Notes under the pieces: model-generated
The model's input: only the letters and a program-made list of their open reading frames with translations
Database searches by the model: none
What the model was told of the DNA's origin: nothing
Made by a program: the position numbers and the translations under genes
Part shown: positions 18,669 to 27,935 of the stretch, in pieces
How positions within the stretch are numbered: position 1 is the first letter of the stretch
How the letters are laid out: each line of letters begins with the position of its first letter
Source: Chlamydiota bacterium
GTDB taxonomy: Bacteria > Chlamydiota > Chlamydiia > Chlamydiales > SM23-39
Length of the DNA stretch: 31,704 nucleotides
Direction: 5' to 3'
NCBI GenBank assembly: GCA_050049995.1
Contig: JASFVE010000012.1
Coordinates: 1-31,704, forward strand

Positions 18669-21600
18669 ATGTCCTGGATCCCTCTCCATGTCCATTCACA
18701 ATATTCAATATTAGATTCAACAGCATCTATTAAGGACTTAGTTCGAAAAGCTAAGTCATATTCTATTAAGGCTCTTGCTCTAACAGACCAGGGCAATATG
18801 CACGGTATTGTTGATTTTTATAAGGAATGCAAAGCTAATGATATTAAGCCAATTATTGGATGCGAACTTTGGCTTGCCCCTACGTCTAGATTGGATAAGA
18901 AGAAAACGCCAGGGTTGCCAGCAGCATTTCCTTTAGTTTTTTTGGCTAAGAATCAAAAAGGATATAACAATTTATGCAAGCTTGTTTCAATTGGATACCT
19001 AGAAGGTTTTTATTATACCCCGAGAATAGACAAAGAGACTTTAGAAAAGTACTTTGAAGGACTTATATGTCTTTCAGGTTCCTTAAATGGTCCAATTTCT
19101 TATTTAGCAAGTAAAGATGCATATGATGATCTTAAAAATGAACTACTCTGGTTCAAGAATCTGTTTCAGGAAAACTTTTATATTGAACTTCAAAAGCATC
19201 AAATGAGTGATGCAGATATTCAGGAAAAAAACTTAGACAAAGAAAGCTGGGTAATTCAAAAGCTGCGAGACTACGAATCTAGGCAAAAGGCAGCTAACGA
19301 GGTGTTAACCCGGCTGTCAACAGAATTGGAGATTCCTCTTGTTGCAACCAATGACATTCACTATTTGGAAAAGCAGGATTGGAGAGCTCATGAGATTTTA
19401 TTAAACATTCAGTCAGGGGAGCCGTGTGAGATTTGGGAAAGAGATTCTTTTGGTAACCCAAAGACAAGAATACCTAATCCTAAAAGGCAAACTTATCCTT
19501 CGAAAGAACATTACTTTAAGTCTCCAGATCAAATAAAAGAGTTATTTAAGGACCAGCCTGAGGCAGTAGAAAATACACAAAAAATAGCCGACTTATGTCA
19601 ATGTGATCTGGATTTTAAAACAAAACATTATCCAGTTTTTGTCCCTCCATTGCTCGAAGGAAAAGAATATACAAAAGAACAGAGGGAGAAAGAAGTAGAA
19701 AAATATCTCTATGACCTTTGTTTAGAAGGTATAAAAAAACGATATGATCAAGAGTCTTTAGAAAAGGTAAAAGAAAAATATCCAGATCAAAATCCAATAG
19801 ATGTTGTTAAAAATCGTCTTGATTATGAGTTTAAAATCATAGCTTCAAAGGGAATGTGTGACTATCTACTAATAGTATATGATTTTATATCCTGGGCAAA
19901 AAAGCAAAAAATACCAGTAGGACCAGGGAGGGGATCTGCAGCAGGCTCTATCATAGCGTATTTAATTGAAATTACAGATATTGAACCCCTTCGTTTTAGC
20001 TTATTCTTTGAAAGATTTATCAATCCGGAAAGGATTTCTTATCCAGATATTGACGTCGACATTTGCATGGACCGGCGATCTGAAGTTATTGATTATACAA
20101 TTCAAAAATATGGGAAGGATCGGGTAGCTCAAATTATTACCTTCGGCACAATGAAAGCTAAAATGGCGATAAAAGATGTCGGAAGAGTTTTAAGTGTAGC
20201 CTTATCCAAGGTTAACCTAATAGCCAAACTCGTTCCAGATGATTTAAATATTACCATTGAAAAAGCATTAGAGGTGGATCCCGAATTATACAATCTTTAT
20301 CAATCAGATGCAGAAGCTAAAATGATTTTAGACATGGCTAAAAAAATTGAAGGAAGTATTAGGAATACTTCTATTCACGCAGCTGGGCTAATCATTTCAG
20401 AAGATTCTATTACTGAACATATACCTGTATGTACAGCTAAAGATACTGATATTGTTGTAACTCAATACTCGATGAAGCCAGTTGAGTCTGTCGGCATGCT
20501 GAAAATTGATTTTCTTGGACTTAAAACTCTAACATCCATTCAAAAAGCTGTAGACCTTATTGAAGCTAATTATGGGAAAAAACTAGATTGGTCAAGTCTT
20601 CTTCTTGATGATAGCAAAACATTTGATCTACTTAACCAGGGGAAAACTCTTGGAGTCTTCCAGTTAGAATCTGGCGGGATGCAAGAACTTGCTAAGCATC
20701 TTCATATTGATTGCTTTGAGGAAATATTGGCTGTTGGAGCTCTTTACCGACCAGGACCAATGGACATGATTCCTTCCTTTATAAATAGAAAACATGGGAA
20801 AGAGCCTATTGAGATTGACCACCCTCTTATGAAAGACATTTTAGCTGAAACGTATGGAGTCATGGTCTATCAAGAACAGGTAATGCAAATTGCCAGTAAG
20901 CTTGCCGGATACAGCTTAGGAGAAGGTGATATCTTAAGAAAAGCAATGGGGAAAAAAGACCGAGAGGAAATGACAAGGCAAAGGCAAAAGTTTTTGCAAG
21001 GGGCAGTTGAGAATGATATAAATCAAGAAACTGCGGAAATAATTTTCAACAAAATTGAAAAGTTTGCCTCATATGGTTTTAATAAATCGCATGCTACTGC
21101 GTATGCGTACCTTTCGTATACAACAGCTTATTTAAAAGCAAATTATCCTAAAGAGTGGATGGCAGCACTCATGACGTGTGATCGTTATGATTTATCTAAA
21201 GTTGCTAAATTTATTCGAGAGTGTCAAGTCATGGAAATTGCAATTTTACCTCCAGATGTAAATGAAGCTGGCAGTGAATTTCTTCCAGTTAAAGACGGTA
21301 TCCGATTTGCCATGTCAGGTGTAAAAGGAGTTGGTAGTGCAGCTGTTGATGCAATTATGCATGAAAGAAAAGCAAGAGGCCCGTTTGCAAGCTTGTATGA
21401 TTTCATTAGAAGAATAGATACGTCCAAGGTAGGTAAGAAAAACGTTGAACTCCTTATCGACTCTGGTGGTTTTGATTTTACGCAATGGACACGAGATGAG
21501 TTAAGAGAAAGTGTCGAAACAATGTATTTTAAGGTTAATAAAGAGCAAAAAGAAGCCTCTCAAGGCATTATGAACTTTTTTTCTATTATAGAAGACCCAG

Positions 21601-22352
21601 AAAAGGAGTTTATTAAGGCCCCTCAAATTACAACGCCTTCTACTAAAGATGAAATTTTAAGAAAGGAAAAAGAACTTTTAGGTTTTTACCTTACGGGACA
21701 CCCCATGGAAAAGTTTAAAGATCGATTGGAAAAGCTTTCTTGTCTTCCTTTAAAGGATATGGAAACACTAGGAGACAAAACACTTTTCAAAACAGCTTTT
21801 ATAATTGAATCAGTTGTACATAAAATCGCTTCTAAATCGCAAAAAAAGTTTGCAATTATTACTATAAGCGACGGGATGGAGCGTTATGAGGTGCCTATAT
21901 GGCCTGATTTATATGAGGCCAATCACCATCTTTTAGTAGAAAATCAAATTATTTTTTCTATTCTTTTTTATGAAGATGGTAAAATACACTGTAAATACTT
22001 AGAAGACATCCAAGATGTGGACCACGAATCGGTGCAATCTATTTATGACAATTTAAGTGAGCAAATAAAAAAACAAAAAAAAACTAAGAAGCAAAAAATG
22101 CCAACAAAAACGCAGCAGCTATCTATTATTATGAGCTTAGAAACTCTTAAAATGAGTGAGTTGTTAAGGTTAAAAGAACTATTTCGTTCAAATTCAGGTA
22201 AAGTGGCTATAGAAATTAAATTTATTTTACATAACAAAATTATGGGGAGACTTGCTATTGATCATCCTTGGGGTGTGCAGCTTAATGACCCCTTAGCCTC
22301 CTCGCTTGGCTCAATGAAAAGTGTAAAAAGATTTGAGGTTAAGAATCCTTGA
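18669..22352 (+). CDS. dnaE: DNA polymerase III alpha subunit
   Basis: PHP motif LHVHSQYSILD, GPGRGSAAGS, FERFINPER, PDIDVD, KIDFLGL, YQEQVM and FNKSH. No intein-sized insertion. Confidence 0.99.
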   Translation: MSWIPLHVHSQYSILDSTASIKDLVRKAKSYSIKALALTDQGNMHGIVDFYKECKANDIKPIIGCELWLAPTSRLDKKKTPGLPAAFPLVFLAKNQKGYNNLCKLVSIGYLEGFYYTPRIDKETLEKYFEGLICLSGSLNGPISYLASKDAYDDLKNELLWFKNLFQENFYIELQKHQMSDADIQEKNLDKESWVIQKLRDYESRQKAANEVLTRLSTELEIPLVATNDIHYLEKQDWRAHEILLNIQSGEPCEIWERDSFGNPKTRIPNPKRQTYPSKEHYFKSPDQIKELFKDQPEAVENTQKIADLCQCDLDFKTKHYPVFVPPLLEGKEYTKEQREKEVEKYLYDLCLEGIKKRYDQESLEKVKEKYPDQNPIDVVKNRLDYEFKIIASKGMCDYLLIVYDFISWAKKQKIPVGPGRGSAAGSIIAYLIEITDIEPLRFSLFFERFINPERISYPDIDVDICMDRRSEVIDYTIQKYGKDRVAQIITFGTMKAKMAIKDVGRVLSVALSKVNLIAKLVPDDLNITIEKALEVDPELYNLYQSDAEAKMILDMAKKIEGSIRNTSIHAAGLIISEDSITEHIPVCTAKDTDIVVTQYSMKPVESVGMLKIDFLGLKTLTSIQKAVDLIEANYGKKLDWSSLLLDDSKTFDLLNQGKTLGVFQLESGGMQELAKHLHIDCFEEILAVGALYRPGPMDMIPSFINRKHGKEPIEIDHPLMKDILAETYGVMVYQEQVMQIASKLAGYSLGEGDILRKAMGKKDREEMTRQRQKFLQGAVENDINQETAEIIFNKIEKFASYGFNKSHATAYAYLSYTTAYLKANYPKEWMAALMTCDRYDLSKVAKFIRECQVMEIAILPPDVNEAGSEFLPVKDGIRFAMSGVKGVGSAAVDAIMHERKARGPFASLYDFIRRIDTSKVGKKNVELLIDSGGFDFTQWTRDELRESVETMYFKVNKEQKEASQGIMNFFSIIEDPEKEFIKAPQITTPSTKDEILRKEKELLGFYLTGHPMEKFKDRLEKLSCLPLKDMETLGDKTLFKTAFIIESVVHKIASKSQKKFAIITISDGMERYEVPIWPDLYEANHHLLVENQIIFSILFYEDGKIHCKYLEDIQDVDHESVQSIYDNLSEQIKKQKKTKKQKMPTKTQQLSIIMSLETLKMSELLRLKELFRSNSGKVAIEIKFILHNKIMGRLAIDHPWGVQLNDPLASSLGSMKSVKRFEVKNP

Positions 22353-22378
22353 CATTGTAAAATAGTTAGACTATTTTA
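22349..22378 (+). promoter_or_regulatory. Candidate promoter for bamD-lptE-rsbW, with an overlapping inverted repeat
   Basis: TTGACA (22349-22354, overlapping the dnaE stop)-N17-TATTTT. TAAAATAG-N5-CTATTTTA palindrome at 22358-22378. Confidence 0.55.
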
Positions 22379-22401
22379 AAGTGCATAAATAATTGTTTTT
22401 T

Positions 22402-23304
22402 ATGAATTTAAAAAAAATATTCTTTGTTTCTTTATTGGGAATTTCATTAAATTTTTCCCTTCATAGCCAGGAAACGTCTGTTCAAGATTATTATAGTTAT
22501 ATTTTAAGGTCTCATCAAGAACAAGACTGGATTTCACTTCTTAATATTTGTGAAATATTAATTGATGAGTATCCCAACACTCCGTTTTCAGAAGAAGCAC
22601 TTTATTATCTTGGCGTAGGGTATTATGAATTAAATGATTATACCATGGCTAACAATACTTTTTCAGAATATTTAAAAAAGTCTGATAGTCCTAAATTTTT
22701 TGAAAGTGCAATTAAATATAAGTTTTTTATTGCTGAGAGCTATAGAAATGGAGCTCATCGAAGGATGTTTCATTTGAAAAAGTCTCCTAAAATTGCTTCA
22801 GCAAAAGAAGATGCCATTGAAATATATGACGAAGTAATCTCTAGCTTGCCTTATCATGACTTAACAGCTAGATCACTGTTTGGTAAAGGAATAGTCCAAA
22901 GAGATTTAGAAGATTTTAGGGACTCTATCGAAACATTTCAATCTTTGATTAAAAGGTTTCCCAAGCATGAATGTTCTATTGATGCTTTTATGGAGATCGG
23001 GCAAACGTACCTAGCTCAATGCAACATTAAAAATTTAAACCCTGAAATTATTGCTTTAGCTGAGCTTAATCTTTCTAAGTTCAAGATGGCGTTTCCTTCA
23101 GAAGAAAAGATTTCAGAGTTAGAGAAAGTGCTTGTGCAAATAAAAGAAATATTTGCAAAGAGCCTTTATGAAACTGGAAAGTTTTTTGAACGAAGGAAGC
23201 AGAAAGATGCCGCTATTATTTATTATGCTAAGGTTCTGACCGTCTTTCCAGAGACCCCCACAGCTCAATTATGCGAAGAGCGATTAAAAAACTTACAATC
23301 ATAA
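22402..23304 (+). CDS. bamD: TPR protein, outer membrane protein assembly factor BamD-like
   Basis: Signal peptide plus repeated TPR pairs (YPNTPFSEEALYYLG, FQSLIKRFP, LYETGKFFER...AAIIYYAKVLTVFPET). Upstream of an LptE-like gene. ATG 22402 preferred as start. Confidence 0.78.
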   Translation: MNLKKIFFVSLLGISLNFSLHSQETSVQDYYSYILRSHQEQDWISLLNICEILIDEYPNTPFSEEALYYLGVGYYELNDYTMANNTFSEYLKKSDSPKFFESAIKYKFFIAESYRNGAHRRMFHLKKSPKIASAKEDAIEIYDEVISSLPYHDLTARSLFGKGIVQRDLEDFRDSIETFQSLIKRFPKHECSIDAFMEIGQTYLAQCNIKNLNPEIIALAELNLSKFKMAFPSEEKISELEKVLVQIKEIFAKSLYETGKFFERRKQKDAAIIYYAKVLTVFPETPTAQLCEERLKNLQS

Positions 23305-23855
23305 TTTTATTTCTTGGCTTTACCTCATGTGGTTATCAGTTTATTCAAACTCCAGGTAAGTCAGTTTCATTATCATTTGTAGAAAATGATGAATACGGTC
23401 TATTTACAACGACTCTTATTGAAAAAATTGGAGCAAGTGGGCTCTACGTTTATAAAAACAATAATGCTGATTATTTATTAGATGTTAAGCTGACAGGTGT
23501 CTCTCATGAAGTAATAGGATATCGTAAGGACCTTGAAAAGGACTTTACTAAAAGAGAAAATATTATAGCAGATGAAGGAAGATTAAATCTGATCGCTACA
23601 GTTGAGTTGATCGATTTGAAAAACAATGAAACAGTACTTGGTCCTTTTAATGTAAGCTCGTCTCAAGACTATGATTATGTAGATGAAAATTCACTGCAAG
23701 ACCTTACTTTTATTAACTCTAATGGCATTAGACAAACTGTTTTATCATTTTCTTTAGGGCAGTTGGAGTCAGAAGAAAGTGCAAGAAGCGCTGCATTTCG
23801 ACCTGCTTTTCATAAATTAGCAGAAAAAATTGTCGACGTGATTTCGATAGAATGA
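23271..23855 (+). CDS. lptE: LPS-assembly lipoprotein LptE-like
   Basis: Lipobox FTS-C followed by GYQF (CGY pattern of LptE), 194 aa, with a C-terminal LAEKIV helix. Confidence 0.72.
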   Translation: MRRAIKKLTIIILFLGFTSCGYQFIQTPGKSVSLSFVENDEYGLFTTTLIEKIGASGLYVYKNNNADYLLDVKLTGVSHEVIGYRKDLEKDFTKRENIIADEGRLNLIATVELIDLKNNETVLGPFNVSSSQDYDYVDENSLQDLTFINSNGIRQTVLSFSLGQLESEESARSAAFRPAFHKLAEKIVDVISIE

Positions 23856-23885
23856 TAGAAGTTAAAAAAAAGATTTTTTTTAACT

Positions 23886-24302
23886 TTGAATACTAAAAAA
23901 TTTCCAGCTCGATTAGACACTCTTCACCAAATGTTGCAGTGGATCCATAAGCAAATAAAATCAGTCGGTTTTGAAGTGTCTGATTTACGTAAAATTGAAC
24001 TTGCTTCTGAAGAGGCTCTAGTTAATGTCATTAAACACGGATACAAAAATGAATATGCTGGGTTTATAGAGCTTTCTATAGTTATTCATGATAATGATAA
24101 AATGATACTTACTATTAGAGATAAGGGCTCATTGTTTAATCCTTTAAAGCAAGAAGCAAAAGTTGATCTAGAAAGTCCTCTAGAGCAAAGGTTGGAAGGA
24201 GGGCTTGGAATCCTTATGATGCGTCAATACATGGATCAGATCAACTATAAACGGGATGGCGAGTATAATTTATTAACTATGATAAAGAAAATACCCTATT
24301 GA
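23886..24302 (+). CDS. rsbW: Anti-sigma factor / Ser kinase RsbW
   Basis: HATPase motifs ELASEEALVNVIKHGY, IRDKG and GGLGILMM. TTG start. Confidence 0.9.
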   Translation: MNTKKFPARLDTLHQMLQWIHKQIKSVGFEVSDLRKIELASEEALVNVIKHGYKNEYAGFIELSIVIHDNDKMILTIRDKGSLFNPLKQEAKVDLESPLEQRLEGGLGILMMRQYMDQINYKRDGEYNLLTMIKKIPY

Positions 24303-24727
24303 TTCTTTTCAATGGCTGTTACTGTGGCTTCAGTATCCAACATATCAATTAAAAAGTGTTGCAATACTTTCAGCACATATTTCGGTGTATTGTAAACGCC
24401 ACAAGTTTGAAAAACTAACTCAAGGTTCGTTTTTTCTTTATTAACTAAAGCTATAAGGACATATGTAGAGGGATTCTCTTGATCCATTTTTGGAACAATC
24501 CAAATAGCAAACTGCTCATTAAACAATGTTACCTTTTCAATGCTTTCAATTACATGAAAGTACTGAGTTAAATCATCAGGGTCTTCAATATCTTGATCCA
24601 TTTTTTCTAAAAGGCCGGTTTCATGGAGCATGCTTAGATCAATGTTTATAATTCCGTCATGTATCCACTTACTTAAGTTTTCACTATATTCTTTAAATGA
24701 CTCTTCTAGCTGTACTGGATTCAACAT
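24296..24727 (-). CDS. Conserved hypothetical protein (chlamydial-type, acidic)
   Basis: 143-aa ORF with a strong SD (AGGAGG at 24733-24738, minus strand) and its own candidate promoter. Its position between rsbW and dacC matches the chlamydial gene order I recall. Confidence 0.8.
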   Translation of the reverse strand: MLNPVQLEESFKEYSENLSKWIHDGIINIDLSMLHETGLLEKMDQDIEDPDDLTQYFHVIESIEKVTLFNEQFAIWIVPKMDQENPSTYVLIALVNKEKTNLELVFQTCGVYNTPKYVLKVLQHFLIDMLDTEATVTAIEKNQ

Positions 24728-24762
24728 TGTGGCCTCCTAATTTTCTAATCCCCCCAAAGTTA

Positions 24763-24792
24763 ATTTTAGATTGAATAATTAAGTCATGTCAA
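24763..24792 (-). promoter_or_regulatory. Candidate promoter for the 24296-24727 gene
   Basis: Minus strand reads TTGACA-N18-TAAAAT. Confidence 0.55.
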
Positions 24793-24852
24793 GTCAAATT
24801 AAATTAAAATTAATTAGATATTAAGGTTAAATAATTTAAATTAAGTGCTTTG

Positions 24853-24881
24853 TTGAAAATAATAATCAGGTAAGATATCTT
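24853..24881 (+). promoter_or_regulatory. Candidate promoter for dacC
   Basis: TTGAAA-N17-TATCTT, 22 nt upstream of the ATG. Confidence 0.4.
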
Positions 24882-24903
24882 CTTTTATAAAGGCAAGAGT
24901 CAC

Positions 24904-26076
24904 ATGAATCGATTCCTTTTCATAATAGCTCTATTAATCCACTCGTTAATTTTTTCTAACCCTTTAAAAATTAACACTTCAGCTAAGTCTGCTATTTTAA
25001 TTAATGCTGAAAATGGGAAAGTCCTTTTTGAAAAAAATAGCCATGATAGATTTTTTCCAGCAAGTACTACAAAAGTGGCAACAGTCCTTTATGTGCTTGA
25101 AACAGTTTCAGATATAAATCAATGGACTGTAGTTACTTCGGACGCTCTTGAGTTTATTCCAATCGAGGAAAAGCATAAAAACTATAACTGTCAGCCACAT
25201 CTACTTGAAAAAGATGCAGTGCTTATGAGCGGTCTGTCACCTGGGGTCAACGTCTCACTAAAAGACCTTATCTATGCTTCAATGTTAATTTCAGCAAATG
25301 ATGCTAGTAATATTCTAGCTGAATCAGTTTCAGGGTCTATTCCCATGTTTATGGAAGAACTGAATAATTTTTTACAGGAAATTGGATGCAAAAATACTTA
25401 CTTTAGAAATCCTCATGGGCTGCATTTCCCTGAGCATTACTCCTGTGCTTCTGATCTTGCTCTCATATTGCAAAAAGGAATAAGAAACAAAGCCTTTCAA
25501 GAAATCGTAACTACAAGAAATTACCAGCCTTCTTTCAGAGACGAGAAAATACAAGCTACTTGCCAGCTACTTTTAAAAAATTATAAATATTACTATCCCA
25601 AGATTTTCTGTGCTAAAACAGGCTATACTAGTAAAGCAGGTTATAATCTTGTAGCTGCAGCAAAAGATGAAAATAGAACGTTGATTGCGGTTGTTTTAGG
25701 ACATGACTCAATTAAAGAAAGGTGTGTCGATATAACTAATATCTTTGAAAAGGCATTCAGTGAGCCTAAGGAAGTTATTACTCCTTTTTATAAAGGACAA
25801 GAATTCGAAAAAAAAATTCCTGGTGGAAAACAGCCATTAACTGCTCTTATCTATGAAGATTTAACCACAGAATATTATCCTTCTGAAAGAGAAGAATTTA
25901 AGGTTTTTATAGAGTGGGAGCCCTTTAAGCTGCCTATCAAGCAAGGGCAAGAGGTTGGAAAGCTTATATTAAAAAGTGAAGATAAAGTCTTTAAAGAAGT
26001 CCCTCTAATTGCAAATAATGTGGTAAAAAAAACCTATTTTTCTTGGATTAAAGACCTTTTTAAGAAAAGTCCATAG
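24904..26076 (+). CDS. dacC: D-alanyl-D-alanine carboxypeptidase (peptidase S11, PBP5/6-like)
   Basis: Signal peptide, SxxK (PASTTK), SxN (SANDA), FRNPHGL and KTGYT. Confidence 0.92.
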   Translation: MNRFLFIIALLIHSLIFSNPLKINTSAKSAILINAENGKVLFEKNSHDRFFPASTTKVATVLYVLETVSDINQWTVVTSDALEFIPIEEKHKNYNCQPHLLEKDAVLMSGLSPGVNVSLKDLIYASMLISANDASNILAESVSGSIPMFMEELNNFLQEIGCKNTYFRNPHGLHFPEHYSCASDLALILQKGIRNKAFQEIVTTRNYQPSFRDEKIQATCQLLLKNYKYYYPKIFCAKTGYTSKAGYNLVAAAKDENRTLIAVVLGHDSIKERCVDITNIFEKAFSEPKEVITPFYKGQEFEKKIPGGKQPLTALIYEDLTTEYYPSEREEFKVFIEWEPFKLPIKQGQEVGKLILKSEDKVFKEVPLIANNVVKKTYFSWIKDLFKKSP

Positions 26077-26846
26077 ATGTCGATAAACTCTTGTAGAGAA
26101 AGCTCTTCAGCTCTTACGGTGACTAAGTAGTTGTTTTCTGTAAGGATTTCTCTAATTGAGCTACTGTTAAAATACTGCTTTAATGAGTTTAATAAAGTCT
26201 TTCGTTTGCTTGCGAAACATTTTCTCACAAAATTAAAAAAGCCCTCCGCTTTTTCAAAAGGAGGCTTTTTAAATGTTAATTTGGTTATTGCTGAATCTAC
26301 TTTAGGAACAGGGAAAAAAGCCTTTCGAGGAACTTCAAAGCAAAGCTCTACGTCTGCATAAAACTGGGTAAATACGGATAAAGAACCATATGACTTTCCC
26401 TTTGTTGCAGCAAGCCTTAAAGCAACTTCTTTTTGAGTCATAATAATAGCACTTTCAAAAAGTTTGTGATTGTTGCACAGCTTTTGGATAAAAAGACCAG
26501 TTAAATGGTATGGAATATTGCTAATAAACTTTACCTTTTTCTGAGGCAGGATTGTTGTAAGGTCAAAGTGGAGAAAATCTCCCAACAAATACGAAAAGTT
26601 CGCATTATTTTTTTTTATTTTCTCCAGGTTAGGAACTAGGCGCTTATCAATTTCTATTGCAAGAACCGTTGCTTTCTTGGAAACCAGTTCGTTTGTTAAT
26701 GCACCAAGACCAGGTCCTACTTCTAAAATAGAGTCGACAGGCTTAGGATTAAGCACATCAATTATTTGCGCAATGATATGCTGATCAGTCAAAAAATTTT
26801 GAGATAAAGACTTTTTAGGTGTTACTTGTCTAGGCAAGGTATTCAA
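26034..26846 (-). CDS. rsmA: 16S rRNA m6,2A dimethyltransferase RsmA/KsgA
   Basis: KKSLSQNFL, EVGPGLG, NIPY, QKEVA, YGSLSV and FFPVPKVDSA. Confidence 0.97.
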   Translation of the reverse strand: MNTLPRQVTPKKSLSQNFLTDQHIIAQIIDVLNPKPVDSILEVGPGLGALTNELVSKKATVLAIEIDKRLVPNLEKIKKNNANFSYLLGDFLHFDLTTILPQKKVKFISNIPYHLTGLFIQKLCNNHKLFESAIIMTQKEVALRLAATKGKSYGSLSVFTQFYADVELCFEVPRKAFFPVPKVDSAITKLTFKKPPFEKAEGFFNFVRKCFASKRKTLLNSLKQYFNSSSIREILTENNYLVTVRAEELSLQEFIDIYGLFLKRSLIQEK

Positions 26847-26850
26847 AAGC

Positions 26851-27903
26851 TCATCGTTGTTCTATTGAAAAAGGCTCAAAATTATGTGGCAGTTCAATTT
26901 TTTGGTGGTCATACTCGTAATACTTTCTTAGCCTATTTACATAGTTTTTGGACTCTTGGGCTATAGCCTGTTGTAGCAGCTCATTCTCAAGTTCACTATA
27001 TTTTTCTTCAAAAGAGGCAGCATTTTTAGTAGAAATTTCATCCAAATAAAAAATACGGTAAGAGGTTTCTGATGTTTTTTTTCTTTTTAGAGCTTGAGGT
27101 TTACTATAAGAGGAGGCATCTAGAGCAGACAAAATTGATTTATACTTTTCTGAAAGTTCAGAATCATCTGCTGTATAAAGTGAAGATAACTGGATGGTTA
27201 GATTTTCATCAGAATTCTTTTGTAGTTGATTTCTTAAATCTTCAGGTGATTTTTTCTCCAAACTACATAATTGATAAATTTCATCGGCTTTTTTTTCAGT
27301 AACTTCTTCATTTTGAGCTTTAATGGTTAAAACCTGGTATTTCCATTTTTTTTCAGGAGGATTGATGGCTAAGTAATTCTTATATGCTGACCGAATATTT
27401 TCTGGGGTGACTTTCTGCAAGGCTTTTGAATTGACTCTAAACCAGCTCATTCTTTGAACTGTCATTTCTTCCTTTAGCATATTCCAAGCTTCATCATAGG
27501 TTAGATTATATTGGTCTAAAGAGAGCATAACATTAGGACCAAAACGAGATTCCATTTCTTTTCTAACTTCTGCATCTTCAACCTTTAGCTCTTTATCTTC
27601 AGCATCAGCTAAGATAAGCTGCGTATTAATCATTTCATTTAAAACATGCTTCCAGCTTGCCATGTAAAACTGGCATTTTGCAGGTTCTGATTCAGCTAAG
27701 TCAGGATAATTACGGTAAAAAGCATAGTCCATTTTTTTCATAATATCTAAAACAGTAATGGTTTTACCGTGAACTTTTGCCAAGACGGCATTTTTGATAC
27801 TGATTTTAGGTTGTCGCATTTCATTTAGCATAGAAAAGTCAGGGGATTGAGCTAAAAGAAAAGAAAAAGAGGCTAAAGAAAGAAAAAGTTTTAATAGTTT
27901 CAT
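26851..27903 (-). CDS. Exported protein, SurA-like periplasmic chaperone
   Basis: Signal peptide; LAKVHGKTITVLDI...VLNEMINTQLILADA resembles a SurA N-terminal domain; degenerate parvulin-like middle; C-terminal YVNRLRK helix. Confidence 0.6.
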   Translation of the reverse strand: MKLLKLFLSLASFSFLLAQSPDFSMLNEMRQPKISIKNAVLAKVHGKTITVLDIMKKMDYAFYRNYPDLAESEPAKCQFYMASWKHVLNEMINTQLILADAEDKELKVEDAEVRKEMESRFGPNVMLSLDQYNLTYDEAWNMLKEEMTVQRMSWFRVNSKALQKVTPENIRSAYKNYLAINPPEKKWKYQVLTIKAQNEEVTEKKADEIYQLCSLEKKSPEDLRNQLQKNSDENLTIQLSSLYTADDSELSEKYKSILSALDASSYSKPQALKRKKTSETSYRIFYLDEISTKNAASFEEKYSELENELLQQAIAQESKNYVNRLRKYYEYDHQKIELPHNFEPFSIEQR

Positions 27904-27935
27904 ATGGATGTTAAGGTTTTTTGTTGATTACTTTA

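Noticed and set aside
22075..22087. A9 run in the dnaE C-terminal linker with a nearby alternative-frame TAA
   Set aside because: Lys-rich linkers in an AT-rich genome commonly give such runs, and nothing else supports programmed slippage. This also tempers the cmk-plsC A10 observation.
17704..22237. Short alternative ORFs within uhpC and dnaE
   Set aside because: They overlap well-supported genes and have no independent coding signal.
18669..22352. Intein or split dnaE
   Set aside because: Length and motif spacing fit an uninterrupted DnaE, with no intein terminal or homing endonuclease motifs.
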